Source: Bryobacterales bacterium (GTDB lineage: Bacteria > Acidobacteriota > Terriglobia > Bryobacterales > UBA6623). Taken from it: a DNA stretch of 64,000 nucleotides. Location of the stretch: the NCBI GenBank assembly GCA_965238045.1, contig CBDEGU010000010.1:237627-301626 (forward strand), written 5' to 3'. The notes beneath the pieces are model-generated. The model did no database searches, was not told the origin of the DNA, and was given only the letters and a program-made list of their open reading frames with translations. Below, in pieces: positions 43,411 to 52,135 of the stretch. Within the stretch, counting starts at the first letter, position 1. The number at the start of each line of letters is the position of its first letter. A program made the translations under genes and the position numbers.

Positions 43411-45267
43411 ATGCCCGTTGAAATTTCCAGCAGCCTCTTGACTCTGCTCCGCGACAAAGCAAACCTCCTGCGGATCCACTCCATTCGCTCGACCAGCGAA
43501 GCGGGCAGCGGACATCCCACCAGTTGCGCCTCGGCGGCCGAGATCGTCTCGGCGCTCTTCTTCTCGGTGATGCGCTACGACCCTCGCGACCCCGCTCACC
43601 GGGCGAACGACATATTCATTCTCTCGAAAGGACACGCGGCTCCCCTCCTTTACGCGGCCTGGGCCGAGGCCGGCTATCTGAAAGTGGACGATCTGCTGAC
43701 CTTGCGCCGGATCGATTCCGACCTCGAGGGCCATCCTCCGACCAAACTGCCCTTCGTCGACTTGGCGACCGGCTCGCTCGGCCAGGGACTCTCCGCGGGC
43801 GTCGGCATGGCCTTGAACGGGCGACTCGACGGCGCCAGTCAGAGAATTTACGTGCTGATGGGTGACGGAGAATCGGCGGAAGGATCGGTTTGGGAAGCAG
43901 CCTCGATGGCCTCGGACAGCAAACTTGGCAATCTTTGCGCCATGGTTGACGTCAACCGCCTGGGACAGAGCGGGCCCACCATGCTGGGCCACGACATGGA
44001 CGCCTACCGCAAGCGCTGGGAGGCCTTCGGATGGCAGGCGCTCGTCATCGACGGACACGACATCGCGGCGCTGCTCTCTGCCTACCAGCAGGCCGCCCAG
44101 ACGCCGGAAGTTCCCACCGTTATCCTCGCCAAGACCCTCAAGGGCAAGGGCATGGACTTCGCCGAAGACAAGGACGGCTGGCACGGCAAACCCCTGTCCA
44201 AGGGCGAGCAAACCGACGAGGTGATCGCGGCGATTGAAGCGCGGCTCTCGGGGGAAAATATTGTCTGGGAACCCAAGATTCCCGCCTCCAACAGGGCCGG
44301 CTTCGCCCCGAGCACGCCGCTGCCCGCGCCCCCCTACGCCATCGGCGACAAGCTGGCCACGCGGAAGGCTTTCGGCGCCGCGCTGGCCGCGCTGGCCACA
44401 TCGAACCCGTTGATTGTCGCTCTCGACGGCGATGTGAAAAACTCGACCTTCACGCAGGATACGGAAAAGGCCGTGCCCGAGCGATTCTTTCAAGGTTTCA
44501 TCGCCGAGCAGAACATGGTTGGCGTGGCGATGGGCTTCGCCACCCGCGGCAAGATCCCCTTCGCCGCCAGCTTTGCCTGCTTCCTAAGCCGGGCCTATGA
44601 TTTCATGCGGCTCGCCGCCATCAGCGGAACGAATCTCAAGCTGGTGGGCACCCACGCCGGTGTTTCGATCGGCGAAGACGGCGCATCGCAAATGGGGCTG
44701 GAAGACCTGGCCATGACCTGCGCCCAGCCCAGCTTTACGGTCTTCTATCCTAGCGACGCCACCAGCGCCTGGCGCGCCATCGAACTCGCCGCCGCCATTA
44801 AGGGGCCCGTCTACGTCAGAACGAGCCGCCCGGCCACGCCGGTCATCTATGACGCCGCGGAATCCTTCGAGAGAGGTAAGGCGAAGGTCATCCGGAGGAG
44901 CGACAACGACCAGGTCACGGTCGTCGCCGCCGGAGTCACCCTTTTTGAGGCGCTGGATGCTCATGAGCAGCTCGCCGCCGAAGGCATCGCGATCCGGGTC
45001 GTCGACCTGTTCAGCGTACAGCCGGTGGACCAGGCAACACTGGTTGCCTCGGCCAAGGCCACCGGCGGGCGCCTCGTCACGGTCGAAGACCACTACGCCC
45101 ATGGCGGCATCGGCGACGCCGTGCTCTCGGCGCTGGCCGCCGAACAGACGACCATCCGCAAGCTGGCCGTTGGCCGCATTCCGCGCAGCGGCAAGTCCGC
45201 CGAACTGCTCGACCGATTCGGCATCTCGGCCCGCCACATCGTCGAGGCCGTCAAGAGTTTGACTTAA
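43411..45267 (+). CDS. tkt: transketolase
   Basis: GSGHPTSCASAAEI, GSLGQGLS, GDGESAEGSVWEA (TPP motif). ATG at 43411 preferred (GGAG 10 nt upstream); alternative at 43402. Confidence 0.9.
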   Translation: MPVEISSSLLTLLRDKANLLRIHSIRSTSEAGSGHPTSCASAAEIVSALFFSVMRYDPRDPAHRANDIFILSKGHAAPLLYAAWAEAGYLKVDDLLTLRRIDSDLEGHPPTKLPFVDLATGSLGQGLSAGVGMALNGRLDGASQRIYVLMGDGESAEGSVWEAASMASDSKLGNLCAMVDVNRLGQSGPTMLGHDMDAYRKRWEAFGWQALVIDGHDIAALLSAYQQAAQTPEVPTVILAKTLKGKGMDFAEDKDGWHGKPLSKGEQTDEVIAAIEARLSGENIVWEPKIPASNRAGFAPSTPLPAPPYAIGDKLATRKAFGAALAALATSNPLIVALDGDVKNSTFTQDTEKAVPERFFQGFIAEQNMVGVAMGFATRGKIPFAASFACFLSRAYDFMRLAAISGTNLKLVGTHAGVSIGEDGASQMGLEDLAMTCAQPSFTVFYPSDATSAWRAIELAAAIKGPVYVRTSRPATPVIYDAAESFERGKAKVIRRSDNDQVTVVAAGVTLFEALDAHEQLAAEGIAIRVVDLFSVQPVDQATLVASAKATGGRLVTVEDHYAHGGIGDAVLSALAAEQTTIRKLAVGRIPRSGKSAELLDRFGISARHIVEAVKSLT

Positions 45268-45298
45268 AGCGGATCTTTCCCCCTAGTTCCCAGCGGCT

Positions 45299-46501
45299 CT
45301 AGTTCACAGTGGGTTGGCGCCGCACCGCCGCCGGTTTGCGCGCCCCGTGGATTTTGTTGATCGCTCTCGAAACATCGAGGGCGTCTTCCTCGCTACCCAT
45401 CAGCGTCTTGAGGGGCAGCCAGAAGGAAGTCTCGCAGGCGCGCTCGGCCACCGGACAGGGCTCGGCGCGATGAGCTACCGTCTCATACATCGGGTTCTTG
45501 TAGAGCGGGTGGCCGTAAAACGGGCTACAGGGTATCCCTTCGGCTCGCATGGCGGCGACAAACTCATCGCGCGTCATGCCATAGGTATCGGCTTGGATCG
45601 CGCCCGTCACCAGATAGCAGGATCGCGTGTTCACGCCATCGGGAATCGACTGGAAGCTCACCCCGTCGGCGGTAACCGCGTCTTCGAGGATGCCAGCGTT
45701 TTTTTCGCGGCGCCGAATCTGCTTGGGCAGACGCTCAAGCTGGGCCGTCAGAACGGCCGCCTGAAAGCCGCTGAGGCGGTAGTTCGACGCCGTGATGAAA
45801 TGATCGAACCAGCCATGTCCGGGCCGCCGCCCGCAGTTGAGATACGACCACACGCGCTCCGCGACTGCATCGTCGCTCGTGGTCACCAAGCCGCCTTCCC
45901 CCGAGGTCATCACCTTGCTGTTCTGAAAGCTGAACGTGCCGGCCAGCCCCATGCTGCCCGCCCGGCGTCCCTTCCATTCCGCGCCAGGCGCGTGCGCGGC
46001 GTCTTCGATCACGACCAGTCCATGACGCCGGGCAGCTTCTTCCATGCGGTCCATGTCGGCCATGATGCCGCTGAAGTGAACCACGATCAGCGCCTTCGTC
46101 TTGCCCGTAACCGCCTCTGAGATCCGCCCCGGATCGAGGTTGTACGTTCCATCTTCGAGATCGGCGAAAACCGGAATCGCGCCAACCCGCGAGACCGCCG
46201 AGGCCGTGGAGATAAAACTGTGCGCGGGAACGATGACTTCGTCGCCCGGGCCGATGCCCGCTCCGTAAAGCGCCAACTCAATCGCGACCGTTCCGTTCGC
46301 GCAGGCGATCGCGTGCCGGGCGTCATGCATGCCGGCGAAGAGCTTCTCGAACTTCTCCACCATCGGGTGATAGCCGCCCCACTGCTTCGAGCGAACCACT
46401 TCCAGCAGCAACTCTTCTTCCCTTTCTCCGGAAATCGGCCATTCCGGATAGTCCGTCCGGCGAACCCGGTCACCGCCATCCATCGCTAGTCTGCCTGGCA
46501 T
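45299..46501 (-). CDS. DegT/DnrJ/EryC1/StrS family aminotransferase
   Basis: FSFQNSKVMTSGEGG (PLP Lys). Start uncertain (ATG at 46501 or 46483). The Gly-rich upstream extension of the track ORF is unlikely. Confidence 0.85.
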   Translation of the reverse strand: MPGRLAMDGGDRVRRTDYPEWPISGEREEELLLEVVRSKQWGGYHPMVEKFEKLFAGMHDARHAIACANGTVAIELALYGAGIGPGDEVIVPAHSFISTASAVSRVGAIPVFADLEDGTYNLDPGRISEAVTGKTKALIVVHFSGIMADMDRMEEAARRHGLVVIEDAAHAPGAEWKGRRAGSMGLAGTFSFQNSKVMTSGEGGLVTTSDDAVAERVWSYLNCGRRPGHGWFDHFITASNYRLSGFQAAVLTAQLERLPKQIRRREKNAGILEDAVTADGVSFQSIPDGVNTRSCYLVTGAIQADTYGMTRDEFVAAMRAEGIPCSPFYGHPLYKNPMYETVAHRAEPCPVAERACETSFWLPLKTLMGSEEDALDVSRAINKIHGARKPAAVRRQPTVN

Positions 46502-46725
46502 GCCCTCCCCCACATATACCATCCCCCCCTGCGCCATTCCCCTGTGCCGTCCCCCTCCACCATTCCCCCCTCCACCATTCCATAGTACCCGCACGCGGAG
46601 GCGCCCGCCCAAGCAACGCGGCCCGCCGCGGGCTTACCATGCAACGCGGCATGCCAAGCCTCAATTTGACGCTCCTCACGCGATTGCCTATGCTGCTAGG
46701 TAGTGGTCGAGACGACCTTCTCTTC

Positions 46726-47502
46726 ATGCGCTACTACCCTTCCTCTTCCGGCGTGCAGCACAATTTTGGCGGCATCGTCCCGTTGGGCATCAAATGGCTG
46801 CTGATCTCCAACTGCGCACTCTTTGTCGTCTATTACATCTCGCACATTTTTCAACTGCGGCTCTTGCTGTGGCTGTTTCACGGTTTGAGTCTGATTCCCG
46901 GCTGGCTCATCAGAGGCGCGATCTGGCAGCCGGTGACGTACCTGTTTCTCCATAGCCCGCTCGGGTTCGGTCACATCCTCATGAACATGCTGATGCTGTG
47001 GATGTTCGGCAGCGATCTTGAGCGCGATTGGGGTTTGCGAAAATTCCTGAACTACTACTTTGTCTGCGGCATCGGCGCCGGATTGCTCGACGTCGCCGCG
47101 CGCATCGTGCTGGGAGGGAATCTCTCGGCGGCGACGATCGGCAACTCGGGCGCGGTTTACGGAGTCTTGCTGGCGTTCGGCCTGCTCTATCCTCACCGCA
47201 CGATTTACGTGTTTTTGATGTTCCCCATTCCGGCTCGCATCTTCGTGTTCATTGTGGGCTCGATCGTCTTTCTCTCGGCGCTGGGTGGTTCCGGCGGTTC
47301 GGTTGCGCACTTTGCGCACCTGGGTGGCATGCTGTTTGGATTTTTCTATCTGCGCTACCGGCCGGCCTTCCTTGATATTGACTGGCTTGGGTCCTACCGG
47401 CAGTGGCAGTTGCGGCGCGCCCGCAGGAGATTCCAAGTCTACATGAAGAAGCGAGACGGCGATTCAGGACGAGGTTCGCCTGGCGGAGGCTGGGTAAACT
47501 AG
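46726..47502 (+). CDS. rhomboid family intramembrane serine protease
   Basis: Start at ATG 46726. GNSGAVYGVLLAF (GxSG) and HLGGMLFGFFY (catalytic His). Multiple TM segments. Confidence 0.8.
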   Translation: MRYYPSSSGVQHNFGGIVPLGIKWLLISNCALFVVYYISHIFQLRLLLWLFHGLSLIPGWLIRGAIWQPVTYLFLHSPLGFGHILMNMLMLWMFGSDLERDWGLRKFLNYYFVCGIGAGLLDVAARIVLGGNLSAATIGNSGAVYGVLLAFGLLYPHRTIYVFLMFPIPARIFVFIVGSIVFLSALGGSGGSVAHFAHLGGMLFGFFYLRYRPAFLDIDWLGSYRQWQLRRARRRFQVYMKKRDGDSGRGSPGGGWVN

Positions 47503-47598
47503 CGGGAAACTGGCGCTCTCATGGCCGATCAACGGCCGTGACCGGCGTGCTGGAACACACCGATCGCCGTCCAAGGTCCTGGTCCGGCCGGGCATGTC

Positions 47599-47628
47599 TT
47601 GACTCTGGTTTCAGTCTGCCCCTACAAT
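47599..47628 (+). promoter_or_regulatory. candidate sigma70-like promoter TTGACT-18-TACAAT for tatA
   Basis: ttgact 47599..47604, tacaat 47623..47628. AGGAGG 8 nt before ATG 47650. Confidence 0.35.
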
Positions 47629-47649
47629 TGAATCAGCAGGAGGCTCTAC

Positions 47650-47883
47650 ATGGCATTCATTCACGTTCCGCACGTACTCGGCCTGATCATTCCGACCCTC
47701 GGCGTGCAGGAGCTTATCGTCATTCTCCTAATCGCCGTGTTGATCTTCGGCGGCCGCAAGATCCCCGAGATCGGCAAGGGCATTGGAGACGGCATTCGGC
47801 AGTTCAAGAGCGCTCTTAAGGGCGACCCCAAGCCCGAAGAAGCGAAATCAGAAGAAGGCAACCGGGCGACACGCGCCTCCTAG
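47650..47883 (+). CDS. tatA: twin-arginine translocase subunit TatA/E
   Basis: 77 aa. ELIVILLIAVLIFGGRKIPEIGKGIGDGIRQFKSAL is the canonical TatA TM plus amphipathic helix. Confidence 0.85.
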   Translation: MAFIHVPHVLGLIIPTLGVQELIVILLIAVLIFGGRKIPEIGKGIGDGIRQFKSALKGDPKPEEAKSEEGNRATRAS

Positions 47884-47941
47884 ATGGCAAGCCTCCTAGG
47901 AGGCAGCCTCGTCCTCGGATACCGAATTTGGGGACAGATGA

Positions 47942-47970
47942 CCCCATCCAGCTTCCGCCGGATGGGGTTT
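47942..47970 (+). terminator. candidate intrinsic terminator between convergent tatA and HU genes
   Basis: ccccatcc (47942..47949) pairs with ggatgggg (47960..47967), 10-nt loop, followed by ttt. Confidence 0.4.
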
Positions 47971-47989
47971 CGTCGTTGCAGCGGGCGGT

Positions 47990-48298
47990 TTACTTCTTCT
48001 TCTTTGGCGGGACGATGGCGTCTTTCGTCGCTTTCGCAATTCTGAACTTCACGACTTTCTTGGCCGGTATCTTGATGGCCTCGCCCGTTGCCGGATTGCG
48101 GCCAATACGAGCCTTGCGGTCGGACCGCACGAGACGCCCAAGACCGGGGATAATGCAGACGCCGCTGCGCTTGGTCTCCTTGACGGCGAGTTCGGCAAGC
48201 GCCTCCATCACGCCCTTCACAACCTTCTTGTTCAGATCACACTGTTCGGACAGCGCCGTGATGATCTGTGCTTGAGTGAGTTTCTTCTTTTCAGCCAT
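47990..48298 (-). CDS. hup: HU/IHF family DNA-binding protein with Lys-rich tail
   Basis: 102 aa. IPGLGRLVRSDRKARIGRNPATGEAIKIPAKKVVKFR is the HU beta-arm signature. Confidence 0.9.
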   Translation of the reverse strand: MAEKKKLTQAQIITALSEQCDLNKKVVKGVMEALAELAVKETKRSGVCIIPGLGRLVRSDRKARIGRNPATGEAIKIPAKKVVKFRIAKATKDAIVPPKKKK

Positions 48299-48392
48299 GC
48301 TCCTCCTTGTGAACCTGCCGAACGGACCTAGGTGACCGGGGCAGTCAACGCTAAAACATACACGGTGAGAAATGTTTTATATCTAACGTCCC

Positions 48393-48421
48393 ATCATACG
48401 GGAGTTTCCGCCTCTTGTAAA
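48393..48421 (-). promoter_or_regulatory. candidate sigma70-like promoter TTTACA-17-TATGAT for the HU gene
   Basis: The minus strand reads tttaca (48421..48416), a 17-nt spacer, then tatgat (48398..48393). About 95 nt upstream of ATG 48298. Confidence 0.4.
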
Positions 48422-48631
48422 GACAAAAAACGCACGAGCGAACCTCGCCCACAGGGTTTCCGTCCTCACGCCCGCGGAAGTTCGGCGCCTTCCCGGCCGC
48501 TCCACTGCACCAAGTATACGCGGTTGCGAACTAATTTCGGGAATAATTCCTCGCTCAGTCCGCCTCGCGGATTCGTTGGCACGGCCCGAGGCCGCGGGCC
48601 GGAGGCGTCTCCGCCCGGGCGATGCGAGCGC

Positions 48632-49189
48632 TCAGAGCAGCGAATCAAAGTAGTTGACCATGTCGGTCCGGCTCCAGTCCTGTGGTCCGACGTACTTGCG
48701 AATGACCGTGCCCTCGCGGTCGATCAGATAGGTCTCCGGATACTTGACCGTGCCATACATCGTGCTGGCACGCCGCTCCGGATCCCGCACCGTGGGAAAG
48801 CGTACCCCCCAGCGGTCGAGGAATTGACCATATTCTTGCTCGTCATCGTCGACACTGACGCCCAGCACGATCAGGTCCTCGCCGTCATACCGCTGATGCA
48901 GCGCGTTGAGCGAAGGCAGTTCCTCGACGCAGGGCGGGCACCAAGTAGCCCAGAAGTTCAACAGCACGAACTTGCCGCGAAAATCGGCGAGCCGGACCCC
49001 GCGGCCTTCATCGCTGGTGAGGTCGAATTCCGGTGCACGATCGCCTACCCGCACATCGTGCACTTGCATATAAGGGGCCACGCGGTAGAGCAGCGCCGCC
49101 GTGAGCAGGACCAGCAGCGAGGCAGCCACGATGTCTCTTCGGGTCACAGTGTCTCTTCGGTCCGCGATGCCTCTTTGGGAAGATGCCAT
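48632..49189 (-). CDS. TlpA/ResA-like thiol:disulfide oxidoreductase (thioredoxin fold), membrane-anchored
   Basis: FVLLNFWATWCPPCVEELP. Start taken at ATG 49189 (MASSQRG...VAASLLVLLTAALLY anchor). Confidence 0.8.
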   Translation of the reverse strand: MASSQRGIADRRDTVTRRDIVAASLLVLLTAALLYRVAPYMQVHDVRVGDRAPEFDLTSDEGRGVRLADFRGKFVLLNFWATWCPPCVEELPSLNALHQRYDGEDLIVLGVSVDDDEQEYGQFLDRWGVRFPTVRDPERRASTMYGTVKYPETYLIDREGTVIRKYVGPQDWSRTDMVNYFDSLL

Positions 49190-49253
49190 AATGAAAACGT
49201 CCAGATCCTCACTGTAACGGGACAGCTTAGTTCGCCGCAACGAACACGATTCC

Positions 49254-49718
49254 ATGGTTCTCATTACTCGCCGCGAAGAGTTCTCCTCGTCGCACTTCTG
49301 CGCTCAGCCCAAGCTATCGGCGGCGGAGAACGAAGCGCTCTACGGCAAGGCCAGCCGGCCGAGCGGGCATGGCCACAATTACGCCCTGGAGGTAACCGTC
49401 GGCGGCGACGTCGACCCGGCCCTGGGCATGATCATGGACCTCAAAGAGCTCAAAGAGATCATCAAACGGGACGTCATCGACATCTACGACCATCGCTTTC
49501 TCAATCACGAAGTGCCGCCTTTCGATCGGGTCGTGCCGACGGCGGAAAACCTGGCGGCCGATATCTGGCGGCGGCTAGCGCCCAGCATCGAGCGCGGGAA
49601 GCGGCATCTGCACGGCATCCGGCTCTACGAGACGCCGGATCTTTTTGTGGACTACTTCGGCGAGGAATCCGGCGCCCAGGCTCTGGGCGGCTCCGCGGGC
49701 CCGCCCAATGCTGGCTGA
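49254..49718 (+). CDS. 6-pyruvoyl-tetrahydropterin synthase/QueD family protein lacking the canonical Cys
   Basis: 154 aa. SSSH...GKASRPSGHGHNY...DHRFLN. Aligns with the downstream paralog but has Ala where that one has Cys ([11 protein letters not shown]). Confidence 0.8.
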   Translation: MVLITRREEFSSSHFCAQPKLSAAENEALYGKASRPSGHGHNYALEVTVGGDVDPALGMIMDLKELKEIIKRDVIDIYDHRFLNHEVPPFDRVVPTAENLAADIWRRLAPSIERGKRHLHGIRLYETPDLFVDYFGEESGAQALGGSAGPPNAG

Positions 49719-49730
49719 GGACCCGTCTCC

Positions 49731-50165
49731 ATGTTGCGACTGACCAAGACGTACCGGTTTTCCGCTTCGCACCGGCTGCACAGCCAGCGGTTGAGCGCTG
49801 CTGAAAACGCGCGGGTGTTCGGAAAGTGCAACAATCCCCAAGGGCACGGCCACAACTATATCTTGAGCGTAAGCGTGAGCGGCAAGCCCGACCCCTCGTC
49901 GGGGCTGCTCCTTTCCCGGAGCCGCCTTGATGCGCTAGTGGATCGCACCGTTCTTGCCGGCCTCGATTACACCCATCTCAATACCGGCGTGGAAGAGTTC
50001 CGCGAAATCGTCCCGACGACCGAGAACCTCTCGCTGCTGATTCACCGCCGGCTCAGCCAGGCATGGGAACAAGAATTCGGCCGGCAGTCGCCGCGTCTCG
50101 ACCGGGTTCGCGTCGAAGAGACGGCACGAAACTTTTTTGAAGTCACCGGCGAACCGGCCCTATGA
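49731..50165 (+). CDS. 6-pyruvoyl-tetrahydropterin synthase (PTPS-II-like, CxxxxxHGH)
   Basis: 144 aa. FSASHRL...[14 protein letters not shown] closely resembles the animal-type PTPS motif. Confidence 0.85.
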   Translation: MLRLTKTYRFSASHRLHSQRLSAAENARVFGKCNNPQGHGHNYILSVSVSGKPDPSSGLLLSRSRLDALVDRTVLAGLDYTHLNTGVEEFREIVPTTENLSLLIHRRLSQAWEQEFGRQSPRLDRVRVEETARNFFEVTGEPAL

Positions 50166-50809
50166 CGAAGCCATCGCAACCCAGTCTCGAGGCTGCCGCC
50201 GGCAGCCGGCTCGAGGAACCCGGCGCTTCCCAGCCCGGCGCTCAGGAGGAAATAGCCTCCCTGGTCCGGCGCCTGCTGGTCCAGCTCGGCGAGGACCCCA
50301 GCCGCGGCGGACTGCGCCGCACGCCCGAGCGAGCCGCCAGCGCACTGACCCAGCTCACCAGCGGCTACGCCATGAAGGCGGAAGAGATCTTGAACGGAGC
50401 GCTCTTCGATGTCAGCTACGACGAGATGGTCATCGTCAAGGACATCGAGATGTTCAGCCTCTGCGAACATCACATGCTGCCTTTTTTCGGCAAAGTCCAC
50501 GTGGCCTATATCCCGAAGAAAAAAGTCATCGGCTTAAGCAAGATCGCCCGCGTAGTGAACATGTTCTCCCTCCGGCTGCAGATTCAAGAGAGGCTCACCC
50601 AGCAGATCGCCGAGACCATCCAGGAGGCCATCGATCCGGCCGGAGTCGGCGTCGTGGTCGAAGCCCGCCACCTGTGCATGATGATGCGGGGGGTAGAGAA
50701 GCAGCATTCCTCGGCCGTGACCAGCGCCATGCTCGGTGCATTCCGCGACAAGCAGCAAACACGCGATGAGTTCCTCTCGCTCATCCAGCGCCCCGTCAGC
50801 GGCATCTGA
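50162..50809 (+). CDS. folE: GTP cyclohydrolase I
   Basis: 215 aa. [20 protein letters not shown] and [15 protein letters not shown]. 4-nt overlap with the upstream gene. Confidence 0.9.
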   Translation: MTKPSQPSLEAAAGSRLEEPGASQPGAQEEIASLVRRLLVQLGEDPSRGGLRRTPERAASALTQLTSGYAMKAEEILNGALFDVSYDEMVIVKDIEMFSLCEHHMLPFFGKVHVAYIPKKKVIGLSKIARVVNMFSLRLQIQERLTQQIAETIQEAIDPAGVGVVVEARHLCMMMRGVEKQHSSAVTSAMLGAFRDKQQTRDEFLSLIQRPVSGI

Positions 50810-50823
50810 GCCTCCCTGGCGGG

Positions 50824-52014
50824 CTAACTCAGCGGCACAAACCGCAGGCACACCGGGGCTGGCGTTTGGATCACATCGCCGGTAGGCGTGAGCTGGCCGG
50901 TCGTCTGATCGATCTTGAACACAACCACCGAGTCCGACGACTGATTCTCTGCCAACAGATATTTCCCCGTCGGATCGATATTGAAGTTTCTCGGCGTCTC
51001 ACCCCCGGTAGGAACGATTTCAATCAGGGTCAGCTTTCCAGTGGACTCATCGACCGCGAACACGGCGATCGAATCGTGCCCGCGATTGGAACCGTAGATG
51101 AATTTCCCCGACGGATGAACCCGAATTTCCGCCGTATGCGTCACCTTCGCATACCCGGCCGGCAGCGTCGAGATCATCTGCATCTCTTCCAGCACTCCGC
51201 GCTGGGCGTCGTAGTTGAATGCCGTGATGGTGTTGCCCATCTCATTGATCACATAGGCATAGCGCCCCGAGGGATGGAAGGTGAAATGACGCGGTCCCCC
51301 GCCCGCCTTGACGCTCACCGAAGGCGGGTCGTTGGGCGCCAGAGTGGCCTTCTCCGGATCAACCTTGTAGACAAAAAGCTTGTCGGCGCCCAAATCGGCC
51401 GTAATCACGAAGCGATTGTCGGGCGAGAAGTTCACCGAGTGGCCATAGGGTTTTTTCTGGCGCTTTTCGTCAATACTCGATCCCTCGTGCTTCATGACCG
51501 AGGCGGCCTCGCCCAGCGAGCCGTCTTCGTTGATCGGGAACGAAGACGTGCTGCCGCCTCCATAGTTGGCGACCGCGAGCATCTTGCCGGTGGCGTCCAC
51601 ATTCAAATGGCACGGCCCGGCGCCTTGCGAGGAGACCTGATTGAGCGGTTTGAGCTTGCCGCTTTCCTTGTCGATCTCAAACGCGCTGACCGCGCCCTTG
51701 CCCTGCCCCGCCTCGGTCACCGCGTAGAGATAGCGATGGTTCGGATGAATCGCGACAAACGAAGGATTGGTAATCTTGGCCGCCAGCCCCAGCGGGGTCA
51801 TCTTGCCGCTGCCGGCTTCGAAACGGTAAACCTGAATCCCTTCGCTATCCCCCCGGGTATAGCTGCCGAAATAGGCCAGATACGCCGGACCGGAATCCTC
51901 CCCGCTGTTTGCCCCGCTGTTGGTCATCGATTCGTCTGGGGCGGAACCACAACCCATCAGCAACACAATCGCGGTGGATACAAGAACGCTCGATAGGAAC
52001 CTAGCTCTTCGCAT
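50824..52014 (-). CDS. lactonase family 7-bladed beta-propeller protein (6-phosphogluconolactonase-like), lipoprotein
   Basis: Start at ATG 52014 (MRRARFLSSVLVSTAIVLLMGC). GAGPCHLNVDATGKMLAVANYGGGS typical of the family. Confidence 0.85.
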   Translation of the reverse strand: MRRARFLSSVLVSTAIVLLMGCGSAPDESMTNSGANSGEDSGPAYLAYFGSYTRGDSEGIQVYRFEAGSGKMTPLGLAAKITNPSFVAIHPNHRYLYAVTEAGQGKGAVSAFEIDKESGKLKPLNQVSSQGAGPCHLNVDATGKMLAVANYGGGSTSSFPINEDGSLGEAASVMKHEGSSIDEKRQKKPYGHSVNFSPDNRFVITADLGADKLFVYKVDPEKATLAPNDPPSVSVKAGGGPRHFTFHPSGRYAYVINEMGNTITAFNYDAQRGVLEEMQMISTLPAGYAKVTHTAEIRVHPSGKFIYGSNRGHDSIAVFAVDESTGKLTLIEIVPTGGETPRNFNIDPTGKYLLAENQSSDSVVVFKIDQTTGQLTPTGDVIQTPAPVCLRFVPLS

Positions 52015-52135
52015 GGACCATATCAAAGCGCAATCCCGCCAAGATTGCAAGTGCCTAAGCGGTGAAGCAGCCAGCGGCGAGGCAGCCAGGCCGCCGCCGA
52101 TCGGCATGCCGCCAGCCCGTCACGCTCGAGGCCCT

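Noticed and set aside
47891-47904. Perfect 14-bp palindrome gcctcctaggaggc just after tatA, considered as a terminator
   Set aside because: It allows only a 5-bp stem with a 4-nt loop and has no T-tract. The hairpin at 47942..47970 is a better terminator candidate.
48332-49804. 490-aa plus-strand ORF spanning the HU-TlpA intergenic region, the antisense strand of tlpA and the PTPS genes
   Set aside because: It runs through three independently supported genes and an intergenic region. The translation is Arg/Pro-rich with no domain, so it is an artefact of GC richness.
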